The notes under the pieces: generated by a model
Seen by the model: the letters and a program-made list of their open reading frames with translations, nothing else
Told to the model about the DNA's origin: nothing
Database searches by the model: none
Source of the DNA: Raja brachyura
Lineage: Eukaryota
NCBI GenBank assembly: GCA_963514005.1
Contig: OY740801.1
Coordinates: 13,640,001 to 13,704,000, forward strand
Reading direction: 5' to 3'
DNA length: 64,000 nucleotides
Position numbers and translations under genes: made by a program
Part shown: positions 12,659 to 26,400 of the stretch, piece after piece
Layout: every line of letters starts with the position of its first letter
Position numbering within the stretch: position 1 is the first letter of the stretch

Positions 12659-15600
12659 TAATTATTTAAATGTTCCTTTTTGGACTTACGTTTACGATTC
12701 TCTTTCAAGAGTGGGTATATTGTTAATAGTCTAGTGACCTAACTCTGTATAGTACTTTGAACTAAATGCAGTGGTTCAAAACCAACCTCATAGCACATGA
12801 AACACACTGCCATTAACCTTTCAATGCATTTATAAGTATGCAGTAAACCAAGCAAATTGTGCTCTGGTACACTAGATTTGGAGACTGTTTTCATTGTGTC
12901 ATTTAACTATGGTCTGAATTTCTACCCCTGTACAAATTTTGTATGCACATCAATGTTAACGTTGCAACTAATGGGAAATGCATCTCAGGTAATACAAATT
13001 TACCATGTGAAATTAATTTAAAATCCCCATCTACCTAAACCTCAACCCCTCTATGAGCTCTAGAAGACAGGTATTGGCTATTGCTGGGCTATGTGCACAA
13101 ACCGAACAAGCACTTGGCACTTTGGTGAAGTGTTATAATGGACTTCTGGATCACACGTAGTCTTTGCCAAAGAACTTTTCTGTATAGCAATTTATTATCT
13201 GTAGTTTTAACATGTATATACTAAACGGTAGCTCGTTCTAGGCAGAATTGCTGAAACAGTGACCAAAATTAGAAATTTTAATTCTGTATCGTGTTATCAA
13301 TAAGGGAAAAAAGATTCCACTTTTTGTATAAAAATGAAGCTTATCACATGAAATGCTCTTTGATCACAGACTGCTAATATTTCTTTAAAAAGAATGTAGA
13401 TTGTGTGGAGTCCTGCGAATACAAGTTGTATTTGGGGAAATATAGCAACTTCACAGAAGCAGTTCAGAATTTGACGTTTACTTTCATCTATTCAAGATTA
13501 TTGTGAAGAAAAATTTTGCTTGGTATTTTTTTTTCCAAAAGAAATAGTGGCCATATGCATCAATGCTTAATTAAATTGCTTATAAGAATTTTGTAGGTTT
13601 TTTTGTATTGATACATGTTAATGGTTAAGCCTATTACATATTAATGCTTGTGCACTACTGTTGGCATTCATGAGGAACTATGTAACTAAACTCGTTCATT
13701 ACTGCATGAACTGTACTCTGCCATCATTGCAATGAGAAAACAATGATTTTGAAAAACAAACCCCATTTATTTTCACTTTGTGGCTGGATATCCACCATTG
13801 ATGATGCATAGTGTCCATTGCATATTTGAATTCACTCACTTTTGACAAACATAACAATTGGGCCAGGATCTAGTAAGTGGAAGGCAAAATGAGAGCTAAT
13901 ATAAATCAGTATTAAGAATTAATGTCACGTTAGAATAAGATTATCAATTAAGTCTAAAATTGAGACTCCAATTTCTTAATGGCCTTCTCAAAATACATCC
14001 ATTAGCTGCCTTTGCCAAAGACCAGTAAAGATAACAGGAATGCCAGACTACTTGGTTTTATTGTTTTCGCCCTCCGTCACTTCGATCTTGTAGGTCAATT
14101 TTGCCACAGATGACAATGTTATGCATAAAGCCCAATAGATTTGCTTAAAATTCCTAAAGTGGAATGTTTTGCAAACCTATGTTTCAAAGTTATGTCAACA
14201 GCCCAAACTTGCACTATCACCCAGATGCTGTACACATTTTCATGCGATAGTGGTCTGTTCTAGTTGAATTCTTGTCCGACCAGCTATCGATGTCAAATCT
14301 AACTTTGCATTTTCTGTTCTTTGCATCCATGTCAGATTTGTACCAAAGCTTGTGCATTACTGCAGCAATGAACAGTTTAATCACATTCTAAATCTACAGA
14401 GCACAGGGGATCAACCAAGCAGAATTCATTTCTATATCTGTTTCTTTCTTCCTAATCCCTGTCAAAGCTATAAATGACAAAATACTTTACAGTATTTCGA
14501 ATCAAAGGAGATGTATTCAGCAGAAACAAAATAGCGTGGAGGTGTTGGTCCTAAAAGCGTCCATTGTTTCTTCCCCCCATTTATTCTCTGCAAGAAAGGG
14601 ACTAAATTGGGGCAGGGACCTGGACAGCTCCATTAGTTTTGGGAGATATCAAGTGATCTAGGACGGTGAAAGAGTGTAAACTACTGCCTCGCAACACCAG
14701 CTGATCACTTGCCCTATTGGCAACCCCACTACTTAGCACTATTGTAGCTTATGTGTAAGTGAGAACCCAATGACTTCCCATTAAAGCAAAATTGGAAATC
14801 CAAAGTTACATTTGCAAACCATTTAATCAGAAACATGAAACTTTGGAACACAAATAATACAGTGAACTAGTGTTCAAGTCTTTTTCTTAGCTCCTTGTTG
14901 ATAGCGAAACGTAATTGTACATACTAAATGTAAATTTTATTTTGCCTGCACACTCTATACTAGATGTTAAATGTGAGGTATGCACAGAAATAACCCATGG
15001 AATAAATGGTTTGCATTAATGGTGCCAAATTGATAGGGAAGTGTAAATGATCAACAAAGAGCATTTAGAAACTAACTTAGTGCCAAAACTGCCTTAAGAG
15101 CCACTCAACCATTTAATGCCGAATTAAGATGCCCCCATCCCTAAGAAACCAATTATATTTTAAAAAATGGTCCCAACAATGTCACAACAATATTTTGAAT
15201 TAAAAGAATATCTGAACGTTGTCTGCTGTCCTCTATATTGAATGGACTCAAGTAGAATTTTAGGTTCAGTCATTCAAGACCAGGAAGGTGGTACAGTTGC
15301 ATGCAGTGTGGTAACAAACGAATTGCTGAAATTCCCATAGTGTGTAGCTTGTCATTTGTTGTACAACGGTTGAAATTAATCTGTCCCAGGCATGTGAAGT
15401 CACTGAATGTGTGTTGGTATACAAACTTATTTCCCCATAAAACGGTTAACTGTAGTGTGCAATGTTTCCAAAATAAATTAGCATTCTGCACCAGCATGAC
15501 ATATTTCAAGAGTTGTGAAGTGCAAGGATATGTACCAAATGCTTAGAAGGCAGGGTCAGGTGAGGTCACACTTTACAATCACCACAATCATGATGGGCTG

Positions 15601-18600
15601 AATTACCAACTATTTTACGATTGTTTTAAAATTATAACAATCTACAATTATATTTAGTTCAGTCGGATCTCGGATGGTTGATGTGATTTACCAGTTGTAT
15701 TTCTTCAAGCGGGCTAATTTAGTTTTAATGAGACAGGAAGGGTAAAGTTAATTCCCAATTATATTCCATGCCATTGCCTTTATTTGATACTTCTCTTTCC
15801 TCTTTGTACTTGGACCTTTTGCTACTGGTTAATTAGCTGTTAAGCGGATGAGATTAGTGTTGTTCCTTCACATTGATTACATCCCTTGTAGAATTCATTA
15901 GCTGTGCTCACAGACTTTCCTGTCAGCCCCCAGCAGAAGTGCTGCAATTCAGTTTGTGAATATGCTTGTATCCTCCCTATGAGTGATATGCTTTGTTGCT
16001 CCTCAGTAATTGTGTTTTAAGGCTCACTTATTGTAATACATGCTTCAGTCCAGAAATAACTTGCTGCCATTCAATAAAAGTATTACATTCTGTGGCTGTT
16101 GCAGTAATAATAACTATTTTCTGCAGGGTTTGTAAAATGAGTTAAATTGTTATATCTAATCAAGAATACAAATGTTAATGTGCTCGGCTTTGATTTATAC
16201 AAAAATAAATGATCATGGACAAGAATAGTGAATCAGTAATAAATAGTGAACATTTTAATTTTGTATTACTTTACCATAGTATTTTTAACTGCCAGAATTT
16301 TTCATTGAAAGAAACTGGATTTGGTGTATGATAGCCCATAATTGTCATATGGCAGTTGTGGTGAGATGGCCAATGACCGAGTCTGAGACTAGCCATCTTG
16401 GACCTGACAGTAATAATTCCATTGAAGTAAATGTATGGAGTAAAAGTGATTTCAGTCTTAAGATAATAATTTTACAGCAAAATTGTAATTTCTGAATGGG
16501 ATTAGTTTCTATGTGAACACACTTTCAGAATCTTTATATGCAAGTTCCTCAGCCTGGGAAGAGCAATGAAATGGGAGGGGGAAAACTCATTTTCTCAGGG
16601 TATAAGGAACAATCTGTAAACCATTCTGTAGCTGTCAGGCTGCAATTTTAGATCTGTTTATTTTGTAAGCTCTTTGAATGGGAATAATATGCCATGGGTA
16701 ACAGGCATGATGGGCTGTTAGAAAAATCCAGCAAGTGGGTAGTTGTGCTAGTTTTTGTGCACATCACCACTTAATAGAAAATGAAATACCCAATTAGCCC
16801 CTTCCATTTTTACCCCAATCATAAATAATTGTATATGTCTCTTGCAGCATTTGTGTTTAAATCAAGAGGGCATACAAGACTGACCAGTCTCGAACTTCTT
16901 TACACGGGTAGCATACAGCTAAACCAGTGAATAGTTACTTTGTATCTGTACAAATAATTAATTCAGCCATCGTGTTCTCCTGGAATTTTGACATTCGAGA
17001 AAATCGTAAGGTGCAAGAATTCAGTGACATTACTGGCAAAAATGTAGTAACATATCCCTGACTCTGTGATTTATGTATTGATGTGGAATAGCTCATATCT
17101 TAACTAGTGTCTAAATATTACTGAAATATTGTCTTGGTATATTAATTTTTGTGGTCAAAGCAAGACCTTAATTGAATATTATGGGAATTATTTTTCATTT
17201 TGTGTATTAATTTATGGAAGCCTGTTGTATGCGGTCTAGGTGAGTGTACACAAACAATGGCGATCTGAATGGAATGTTCTTATATAAGGTATTTATAAAT
17301 GCATAATCATTTTACTCTAGTTCATTGTTTAAATTGTTAACACTTGTTAAGATTTTTACACTATAGCATTTATGCAGTGGTTTACAGAATTCATGGAATT
17401 ATTTTTATTATCAATATGGGAATTAAAATAATTTTTGATCCTCAAATTGCTATTATCTTGTCTTCTGGACTCCTTTTATTCTTAAGATTTTTAAACAAGA
17501 AATAGATGCGACTTCATCCTGTTTCACTCGTTTTATCCAACTGCCTGTGTCCTGCGCTGAAATTTGGGATTTACTTGGCTGTTATTTCTAGTGAGTGGGT
17601 CATTGAGTACCTTATCCACTCTTCACTAATGCAGAGCCGAACTTAGTTAAAACATTTAATTGATCTGGTATGGTTAAAGACAAAATAAGTTTGGTTGGCT
17701 ATTCTAATACATCGATTCTATTCTGAGGGGGAGGGAATGACCTTTACAAGTTTCCTTTAAGTCAAATTCCTCAATTTGAGGGGACTGCAAGTATGAAACT
17801 TCTATGAAGAACTGTGTAGTTCTATGCACTTAGAACTTGATATGTAATCACCTTGGTGTATCCAATAAACTCCTTTCATTGGGGTCCTTTCAGCAAACTG
17901 AGGCTAGCCGTAGACGGACCTAAACTGGGGGACTGGTATAATTACACTTGATGCCATTTTGTATATTTTTCAATGCTGACCTATATAGGCAGATAGGAGC
18001 TTTTCAATATAGTAGTTCAATCTACTAAACCAGGTTGGAGGTGAGAGCAGCTTCCAAAAGAAAGTTAAATAGTTGGGGGTTTGTTTCAGTGTCACATCAA
18101 TGTTGGTAGCACCATGTTCTGCACTCTGGGGTTGAGATGCTAACATAAGCATAAAAATGGTTGGGTGTTTCTCCCCCCCCCCCCCCCATTCCTATTAATA
18201 TTTCCCCTCTCGCCTAACATATGCCTTCTAGTAGCATACCTTGGGTTGGCAAAACACAGAATTTCACTATGACTTGTCACATGTGACAAAGTATTTATTC
18301 AAACAACAAACTGCAGATTCTGGTTGGAGCAAATGGACACACAGTGCTGGAGTAACTTCAGGTAGCATTGCTGGAGAACATGGATAGGTGATATTCTGGG
18401 TAAGACTGGCCCTTTCGTTCTTAATTTCCCCTAATGGGTGAAAATCCTGCATTCTCCTTATCTCTGCATCTCATCATTTTTGTACATTTCTATAGTTGGC
18501 CAAAACTGAACACTATGCTCCAAGTGTGGGGTTACCAGCATCTGGTACAATTTTAACTGCCAAAAGCTGCCGTCACCACTCTAATCTACGTGCAATGTCA

Positions 18601-20356
18601 CTCAGGGAATTCTGCACCTTAAATCCTAAATCCCTCACCTTTACAACACTTGCAGGGTCTCCACCATTTACAGTAAAGTGCCCTGCCCCGAATTACTAAA
18701 ATGCAACACTCACTTAGTGGAATTAAATACCATTTGCCATTCTTTAACCCACTTACCCCGCTCAAGAACTCGCTATAATTCTTGGTAACCATCTTCACTG
18801 TCAAACATACCATACTTTATAGTGTCATTTTCACTAATACGGGACGGAGACGAACGTTGAGATGCACCGATGATGTCGCCAACCTTCAAGGTGATAACAG
18901 TTTGCTCAACTTGCGATTGAGTACCACAAAAAGATGAAATAGAATAATAGACGTAGGGAAGACAGAGTGGTTGTGTACTTGTTTATTTTTCTTGTTTGCG
19001 CTAGAACAAATGTGCATCTATGTAATAGATCTGAAGAAGGATCTCGACCCAAAACGTTACCCATTCTTTCTCTCCAGTGATGCTGCCTGTCCCGCAGAGT
19101 TACCCCAGTATTTTATGTCTACCTTGCATCTATGGAATGTCACCTTGGGATACATTCCATAAACCTGCAGCTTGTGAATTACTTTTGTTAATGCATAGAC
19201 ACTCGCAAGAAATGCAACGTCCAAATCGCACACAGCAAATTCTCACAAACAATAACGTGGCAACGGATCTCGTGATTTTTTTAGCCAAAAAATGAATTTA
19301 CAACTGAAAAGTTTCCAACCGGCCGTGTCCAGATTACCCCATCGTTAGATTGTTTATAGGGAAGCCTTTGAGCAACATCCAGTGTCCAATTCGACGATTA
19401 TGCTGGAGAGGGGATGTGCTTTATTTGTGGCATGGCGCAGGCAGTCGTTCACAGCAGATTGCAGCATAACTACGTGGAGGGGGGGGGGGGGGGGGGGGGG
19501 AAGGGTATGTGGTTCTTTAGGTCGCCCGCTATGTCGGGCTGGGGTTACCGCATGGTGTTTTTTCTTTAAATGCTGCGCTGCTGATCGCCGTTTCTGACTG
19601 AACAACGACAACATTGTATGGCCAACAGAAGTCCTGCAATCGGGGATGGAAGAGGTCCGAGTTGCAAGTTTGTAACCTGTGTAGTTGCTTTCCTTCCACG
19701 CGGACCGATACGGGGTGCAACACAAACATGACAGCTGGCTTTTATTTACTCTAAGAACGCAAAGTTGTATCCGTCCACTCCCTCCAAGGCACGTTGTGTC
19801 CGGCTGTGGTTTAGGTTCGGGCACAGCTACCGCTATCGAGATTACTGGATGGTAATCTAGGCGCCTCCCTTAAACTTTATTACTCCAGTAATATTATTTA
19901 TTTTAATCCAATTCGGTTTCAAATTTGATGTTAATTTTATGAAGCTGGACAGGATAGTCCATCAATGTTGAACCATGATACAAGGCTAGCGACCTGAAAC
20001 GTTATCTCTGTCCCCGTCTCCACGCTGCTACCTCCCGCGCTGATCATCTACGTTTCTTGTCTCTTTAATTTCGGATTCCCATCATCTGCAGTTTCTGCTT
20101 TTGAAAGTTCACTGCTTTGCACTTCACTTTTTTCGTTCCTGCTCTATCCTGAGCCTTTTATTTCACGTCTGTGAAAGTAGAAGTCAACAACCCTGTTAAA
20201 AAAAAAAGACTGGCCACTCATGAGAATAAAGTCACTTTAATTCTCCCGGGGAAATAAGGGGGGGGGGGGGGGGGGGTATTAACAGTTCTACAATAACCAC
20301 AACATTTTCTGAATTACATAACCCCTGTGTCCGGACTCTGACCATCCAGTTACTGC

Positions 20357-20448
20357 TCACAGCGAATCGTTCCGAACCCCAGGATCCCCCCGCTGCTGTT
20401 TGTCGCTCCGGATTTGAGATGTAATCAATGCAGGCATTTTATCACTCA
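20357..20448 (-). CDS. GNPTG: GNPTG exon 11 ([30 protein letters not shown])
   Basis: cag acceptor, in phase with exon 10, RGDPG motif as in the recalled human C-terminus, TGA at 20359-20357; minus-strand AATAAA near 20160. Confidence 0.88.
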
Positions 20449-23400
20449 CTGAGAAACAAGGAACATTATTTTAGTTGTGACTCTGGTACAGAGCTGAACA
20501 CCTCTGCACCAATCTCTCTCAGAAGCCCCTTTCCCAACACACTCCTCTCAACGCAAAAACAAAACTCCCTGTTGCCCCCACAATTCTCCCATTCTCACAC
20601 CCAAAATTCCCTGGCATTAAGCAGTTCTTCAACTGAACAGCAACGGGAGAACGTGAAATGTGAAGCAAACTCTTCAATAAATAATTAAAAATATTTAAAA
20701 GAGGTGTCTCAAAATAAGGGGTTGGACACCTAAAACAGGTGAGAAGAATTTTCTTTCATCAAGGCTGCCAAATCCCTGGACCTTTCTAACAAAGAGCTCA
20801 ATTGCTCAGTATATGCAACCTGCTTTCAAGTAATATGCAGCTTCAGATATCAGCTACAGCTATTTCCTGTAACCCAGAAAGACACAAATGCAAAATTGAA
20901 CTGGACAGTGATTGGGTTGTGCCCAGCTACAGGGCTGTCAGAGATGCATCCATTATAAGCAACTTCTAACTGGTGGCTCTGGGGAGGATCAATGGGTTCA
21001 AGGATTGACATAGTATCTCTTATTTATCCAAGTACATTTATATTAAGGGATATTCAGGAAATTGGTGCTGAACTGAAGGTTATTATTAGTATTATTGAAA
21101 GAAGTAAGGTACGAGAGGCTGAACAGCCTTTCTAATTGTAATGTTTTGATGATAGCCAGCATGAACAGCTCATGTAACAGAAAAGCAAGATTAAACAGGG
21201 AATTCAAACATGTGGGGTATCAGACATAATGGGTCAATAACTTACACATTGTTCCCTCAGCCATGCTCTCTATCCTCGGGCAACAGGAAACCCCATGATC
21301 TGATTTCTTGACCCAGATCAGATCATCAGGGAGGCACTCTGCATCTCACTCAATGAGTACCGTCCTTTGGGCCTGTAAGGAAGGAGTGACTTGTAATGAG
21401 CAAGAAATACTGACCAGGCAAGATCGTGGAAATGTTGTGGCGTGCCAGGATATCCTTCAACATTTGTATCTCTTCTGAGAGCTTATTCCGCTCCTAAAAT
21501 GGGACGAAGGAACAAATTCAAGAAACAGTGAATGGAAAGAGTTGCATTAAATTGGTTTCACAGTCTAAGTTTTTTTTTAAACAACTAAGAAAATTGTCAA
21601 GTCACGGCCGCAACCATGGTTTACATGGACTCTAACAAGGCTTTTTAAAAGGTCCTGCAGAGTTAGCTTGTCCAGAAGGTTGAGCCACAAGGAATCTAAA
21701 GCATATTCACAAACGGAATCCAAAATTGGCTTGGTGATAGGAGATAGAGGATAATGGTCTGGAAGTCTGTAGCAGGTGGTGTATTGCAAGGATTGGTGCT
21801 GTAACCCCTGTGTTTGTTACACGATTTGTATGAGATCGTAGGTCATCTTAGTTTGCTGAGGACACAAAAGTTATTGAAGTCTAGATAGTGAAGGAGGTTG
21901 CCTAAGGATACTGAGAAACAGATCAGCTGAAAAGTTGGGTGTAGCAGTTGCAGATGGAATGTAATCCAGGCAAGTGTAAATGGCAGAGACCTCAGAAGTA
22001 TTGGTGTACAGAGCAATGTTCAAGTGCAAGTTCACATTTCCCTGAATTGGTGTCACATAGAGCAGTGAGGTACTTCACGTGCTCTCCTCCGTAGACCAAG
22101 GCATTGAGTGGTAAGGAAATCGAAAACTTGAGGACAGGTGAGAAATTAAAAATGAGATCTGAGGGAAAAGAGGGTGATGGTTATATGAAATAAACCAACA
22201 GGAAGTGGTGGAGGCATATACTATTAATGTTTTAAAGGCATTTGCACAGGTGCAGAGGAGCGGTATGTTCCATCTGAAATGTGGGAGATCAGGGAGAAAT
22301 TAAGTGTTCCTGACATCTACACTGCCATGAAATGTGTCCAAATGCAGTTCCTCTCAAACTGCAAGAGAGGAGCTGCAGATCACGTCACAGCTTTGAGACT
22401 TGCTGAGTATATACAGGATTGTTTATTTTTCCGTGGAACCTTGTGTTTTCAAAATATATCATCAAATGCTGGTATGATATTGAAAGAGATGGCACTCCAG
22501 AGAGAAAAATGCAGCTATGAAATATGGACTGAAGAAAAACCCGCTCCACTCGTTCTTCATTCTGCCCACTATCCAACAAGCAATCTATGGGAATCAAATC
22601 TCAAACAGAATCAATCAATCAATCAAAAGTTGCCTTAAGTCAACACTGCTCCAAATCAACTCTCCCCTTATCACTATGTTCCATATTCCCACACCAAATC
22701 ACACGATCCCCTAGTACCCTACCTCGTTGCACTGACTTAGTGTCTCCTCTTGCGAGTGATTTTGTTCCTTGGTTTCTATTTTCTCTTGAGCAGTTTTCAA
22801 GTAGCCCGCATCTTCAAATATTGCTTGAAGCAATTTCCTGTAACCCTGAAATACACAACACATAAATGGACCTAGATAGTGATTTGCACTGCATCCCAAG
22901 TAATCACCCATCAACAGTTTACTGTGAGAGAATACTCGGATTCGAGCTGGTGGCGCTGGAGAGGAGCAATGTGATTCAGGACAGCTGGAGTTTCCCTTCA
23001 CTTGACTGGTTGATCCTAGCTGTGACGTTACAAAACTTAGGACCTTGGATAAATGGCAGAGTGGCAGAGCAAGTAGAGTCACTACCTCATGGGCTCAGAC
23101 ACCCAAGTTTAATCCTGACCTGGGGTGCTGTCTGTGTGGACTGTGACAGCGTGAGCTTTCTCCTATTTCCTCCCACATACAAAAAAGTGGCTTAAAGAAG
23201 GAACTGCAGATGCTGGAGAATCGAGGGTTACACAAAAAGCTGGAGAAACTCAGCGGGTGCAGCAGCATCTAAGGAGCAAAGGAGATAGGCGACGTTTCGG
23301 GTCGAGACCCTTCTTCAGACTTTTCTTCAAAAAGTGGCTTGATGGGTTACTGTTAGTTGCGTCTATTGTCTCGAATAGTGGAATCTGCAGGGAATTGGTG

Positions 23401-26400
23401 AGAATGAGGCAAATTTTGAAAGTTAAGTAGGATAAGTGTAAATGGAATGTTGAGGGTCGGCATGCAGTCTGTGGACTGAATGGACCATTTCCTTGTTGCA
23501 TGTCTTTGATGCTGAGGCAAGTCGGTTGATTCTCTTGCCTTTTCCTCCAGCACACCGCATTACTTTAATTCATGCGCTTTCAACAGGCAAGTCTTTTGAC
23601 ATCATAATTTCCTTTCACCACAGTTGAAAAGATCTGATCCATTTCACACATCATTGCTCTTATCCCTGTCTCCAGCCCTACTTCTGCAAACCAAGAAAGA
23701 GCTCTCGTTATCCAGGTTTTCAGATTCAAAAGGAGCACTTAGATCAATTTAAAGATACAGTGTGGAAATAGGCTCCTCAGCACACCAAGCCCACACCAAC
23801 CAATGATCACCCATACACTAGCTCCATCCTACACACTAGGATCAATTTAAAGAAGCCAATTAACATACAAAGCTACACGTCTTTGGAATGTGGGAGCACC
23901 TGGAGGAAACCCACGTGGTCACAGGGAGAACGTACAAACTTCATACAGACGGCACCGTAGTCAGCATTGAACCTGGATGTCCGGCGCTCTACGGCAGCAA
24001 CTCCACCGTTGCGCAATTGTACGCAATTATCTTTTTATCCCCTGAAATTGCCAATACCTGTACCTCCAAAATAATGAAAATTTCCCTCTGTTTCCACTTG
24101 GGATTTAGAAAGAGACGGTTCTCTCTAACACATGTTGATTGCGGTCCCTATTGTCATAGTACATTTCCATTCCTAGTCGATAGAACTCCTGTCCTTTTAC
24201 CTCCATTCTCATCGTCATCCTCCTCCTCATTCTCAGTGAAGCACTGATTTACTTATGTTCAAGGTAATATGTTTATTGAGGACCCCACAAGCAGATTAGG
24301 TGACTGGTTTGTGAAACAGAGGGCTGACCTGTGCTTCCAGTTACTTGTTCTTTTAATTCTGTCTCATTCCAGCTGTCCTCAACTCTCCCATCCAAATCTT
24401 AATGCAAGTTCAAGCAAAAACGCATCTTCCAGCAACCATACTACAACCAGACATGTTAAATTTCAAATATAATTATATAATTTGCGATTTCCAGCATTCA
24501 ATCCATCAGCCTCTAGTAGTCACAATTGTTCTGAATATACAGTTCCTCCAGACTGACCCTCCAGATGTCTATTGCCATCTTTTCTTGCTTTGTATCAACA
24601 TTCCTTTTGTCATTGAATCTCTCCTGCTTCCCATTTTTCACAGAACTTTTGTAGTTGCATCTCTTGACCTGACTTGACTTGGTCTGAAGTAGGGCCCCCA
24701 TTCGAAACATCACCTGTCCATTTTATCCAGAGATGTTGCCTGACCTGCTGAGTTACTCTAGCATTTTGTGTTTATCTTTGGTATAAACCGGTATCTGCAG
24801 TTCCTTATTATTATATTATCTTTTGACCCCTTTCTCCGTATTTTAAAAACTGAACTTTCCCAGTGCTTATCAAACCTCCAACACGCAAAATAATTTAGAT
24901 TTTTGTTAGACTTTTAGATTTCAACGATTGCAGAATTTTGCGTTCTATTGGCATGATTAAATGTTGCATGAAGTCTGCTTGCACCTTCTGGTCCCATAAA
25001 CGTGATTTTAGTTTTCCAGCTTCCATGATACTGTTCTCTAGTAATACTGATAATTATTCTGTGTTTAACTCCTTCAGACAACTCCTTCATCCTCTTACCC
25101 CTAAACCAGATACCCTTTTAATTTCATTATTAGTTTGCATCCATTCGCACTGAGCCCCAGCTGAACACAACGTACTTGCTGAGTAATGAGGCCATCGTAC
25201 AGTGACTGTTCAGCCTGGTCCCATCTCTTCTGCAGCTCCTCCTTCAGATTAGGGTAAACTACAGAAATAAACAAATCTTAGCAGGTGTTGTGTGGCTGTC
25301 TTCCCCCATTCCAACACGCACCACACACAATTTCACTCACATTCCACCACTCCAGAGCACCCCATCAAAAACACCACGTCCTCATCACAACACAGTCCCT
25401 TAAACGCGTCACCCCATCTTCAATCCTTTTATGTTCCCCCAAATATGTCAGCCTCTCGTCCTCTCTGACAAAATACACCCATATCACATCCAGACCATGG
25501 CTGGATGGAAGCATGTTATAATTCTAATGTGGGAAGGCATCATTCAGTTGCACTGCAGACCCTATTCCAGGAGGGAGTGATAATGACACTTTACCTGAAG
25601 CCATCCTCTGCTCTCTCATGTTCTGAGGAATGACTTTCTTACTCACCCAGGAGTGATTGGGGGTGGCAGACTAATGGTGTTTCGAAGGTGAGCCAATAGA
25701 TGCAAGTGTTGGGCTCAGAAACATGAGCCAGTTTGTGGCTGGTTCCACATGTGAAAATGACCTGTAAATGAGAGAGAAGAGTTTAATTTGGTAGAGCAGA
25801 GGAGTGGCAGAGTTATTAACATCACATTGCCCGAGGAACCCAGTGTCTGACCGGAGCCCTGAGAGACTAACCACCTTGTGAGGCAAACCAACACCCCCTG
25901 CTAATGGCCGAGTGCATTGTCGCAGGGCCCATGTTGTTTTCTCGCTGTTAGCTTATCTGACACTAGGTAGCAGGAATGAGGGTTTTGGAAATATTGGTTT
26001 CCGGCTCCCTATTCCTTCAGCTTGCACATCAATGAGCCTTGAAGTAGTGTCAGTTCACATTCAGTACACTGAGCAAAGGAATAGGGGACACCTACCTTGG
26101 TCTGTCTGTTCTTGCTGGCACAAGAATCTCCCTCCTTCATCCACATTCCCACAAAGGTGTTGTTTACAATCTCCCATTCCTGCCATATTCTACAGAATAA
26201 AAGACAGTCAGATACCCATTTATTTTTCCTTAATCATGATTCACCCACGTTCATGCCCCGCTTTAAATGTAACTTCATGACGATTTACCCAATTTCTATC
26301 CACATCCCAACTACACTCACCACCTGCTCTAATGGGGATAAACTAAAGTAACAGGTAACATTCTGGCATCAGTTCAATCAGGGGACTCTACCGCTGCCTT

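Larger units (their letters stand above)
9995..17450 (+). other. UNKL: Probable long UNKL 3'UTR
   Basis: AT-rich, nearly repeat-free stretch after the stop codon, unlike the repeat-dense introns; candidate poly(A) signals AATAAA near 16073 and 16204, ATTAAA 17422-17427. The end point is inferred. Confidence 0.5.

Noticed and set aside
18172-20277. Long homopolymer C/G runs (also near 12407, 43782, 54861) as functional elements
   Set aside because: They are scattered throughout the window, their lengths are unreliable in assemblies and they show no consistent context.
21373-21414. Possible 42-nt GT-AG mini-intron or read-through after GNPTG exon 10
   Set aside because: Too short for a typical vertebrate intron; the exon at 20448-20357 is in phase and carries the RGDPG motif.
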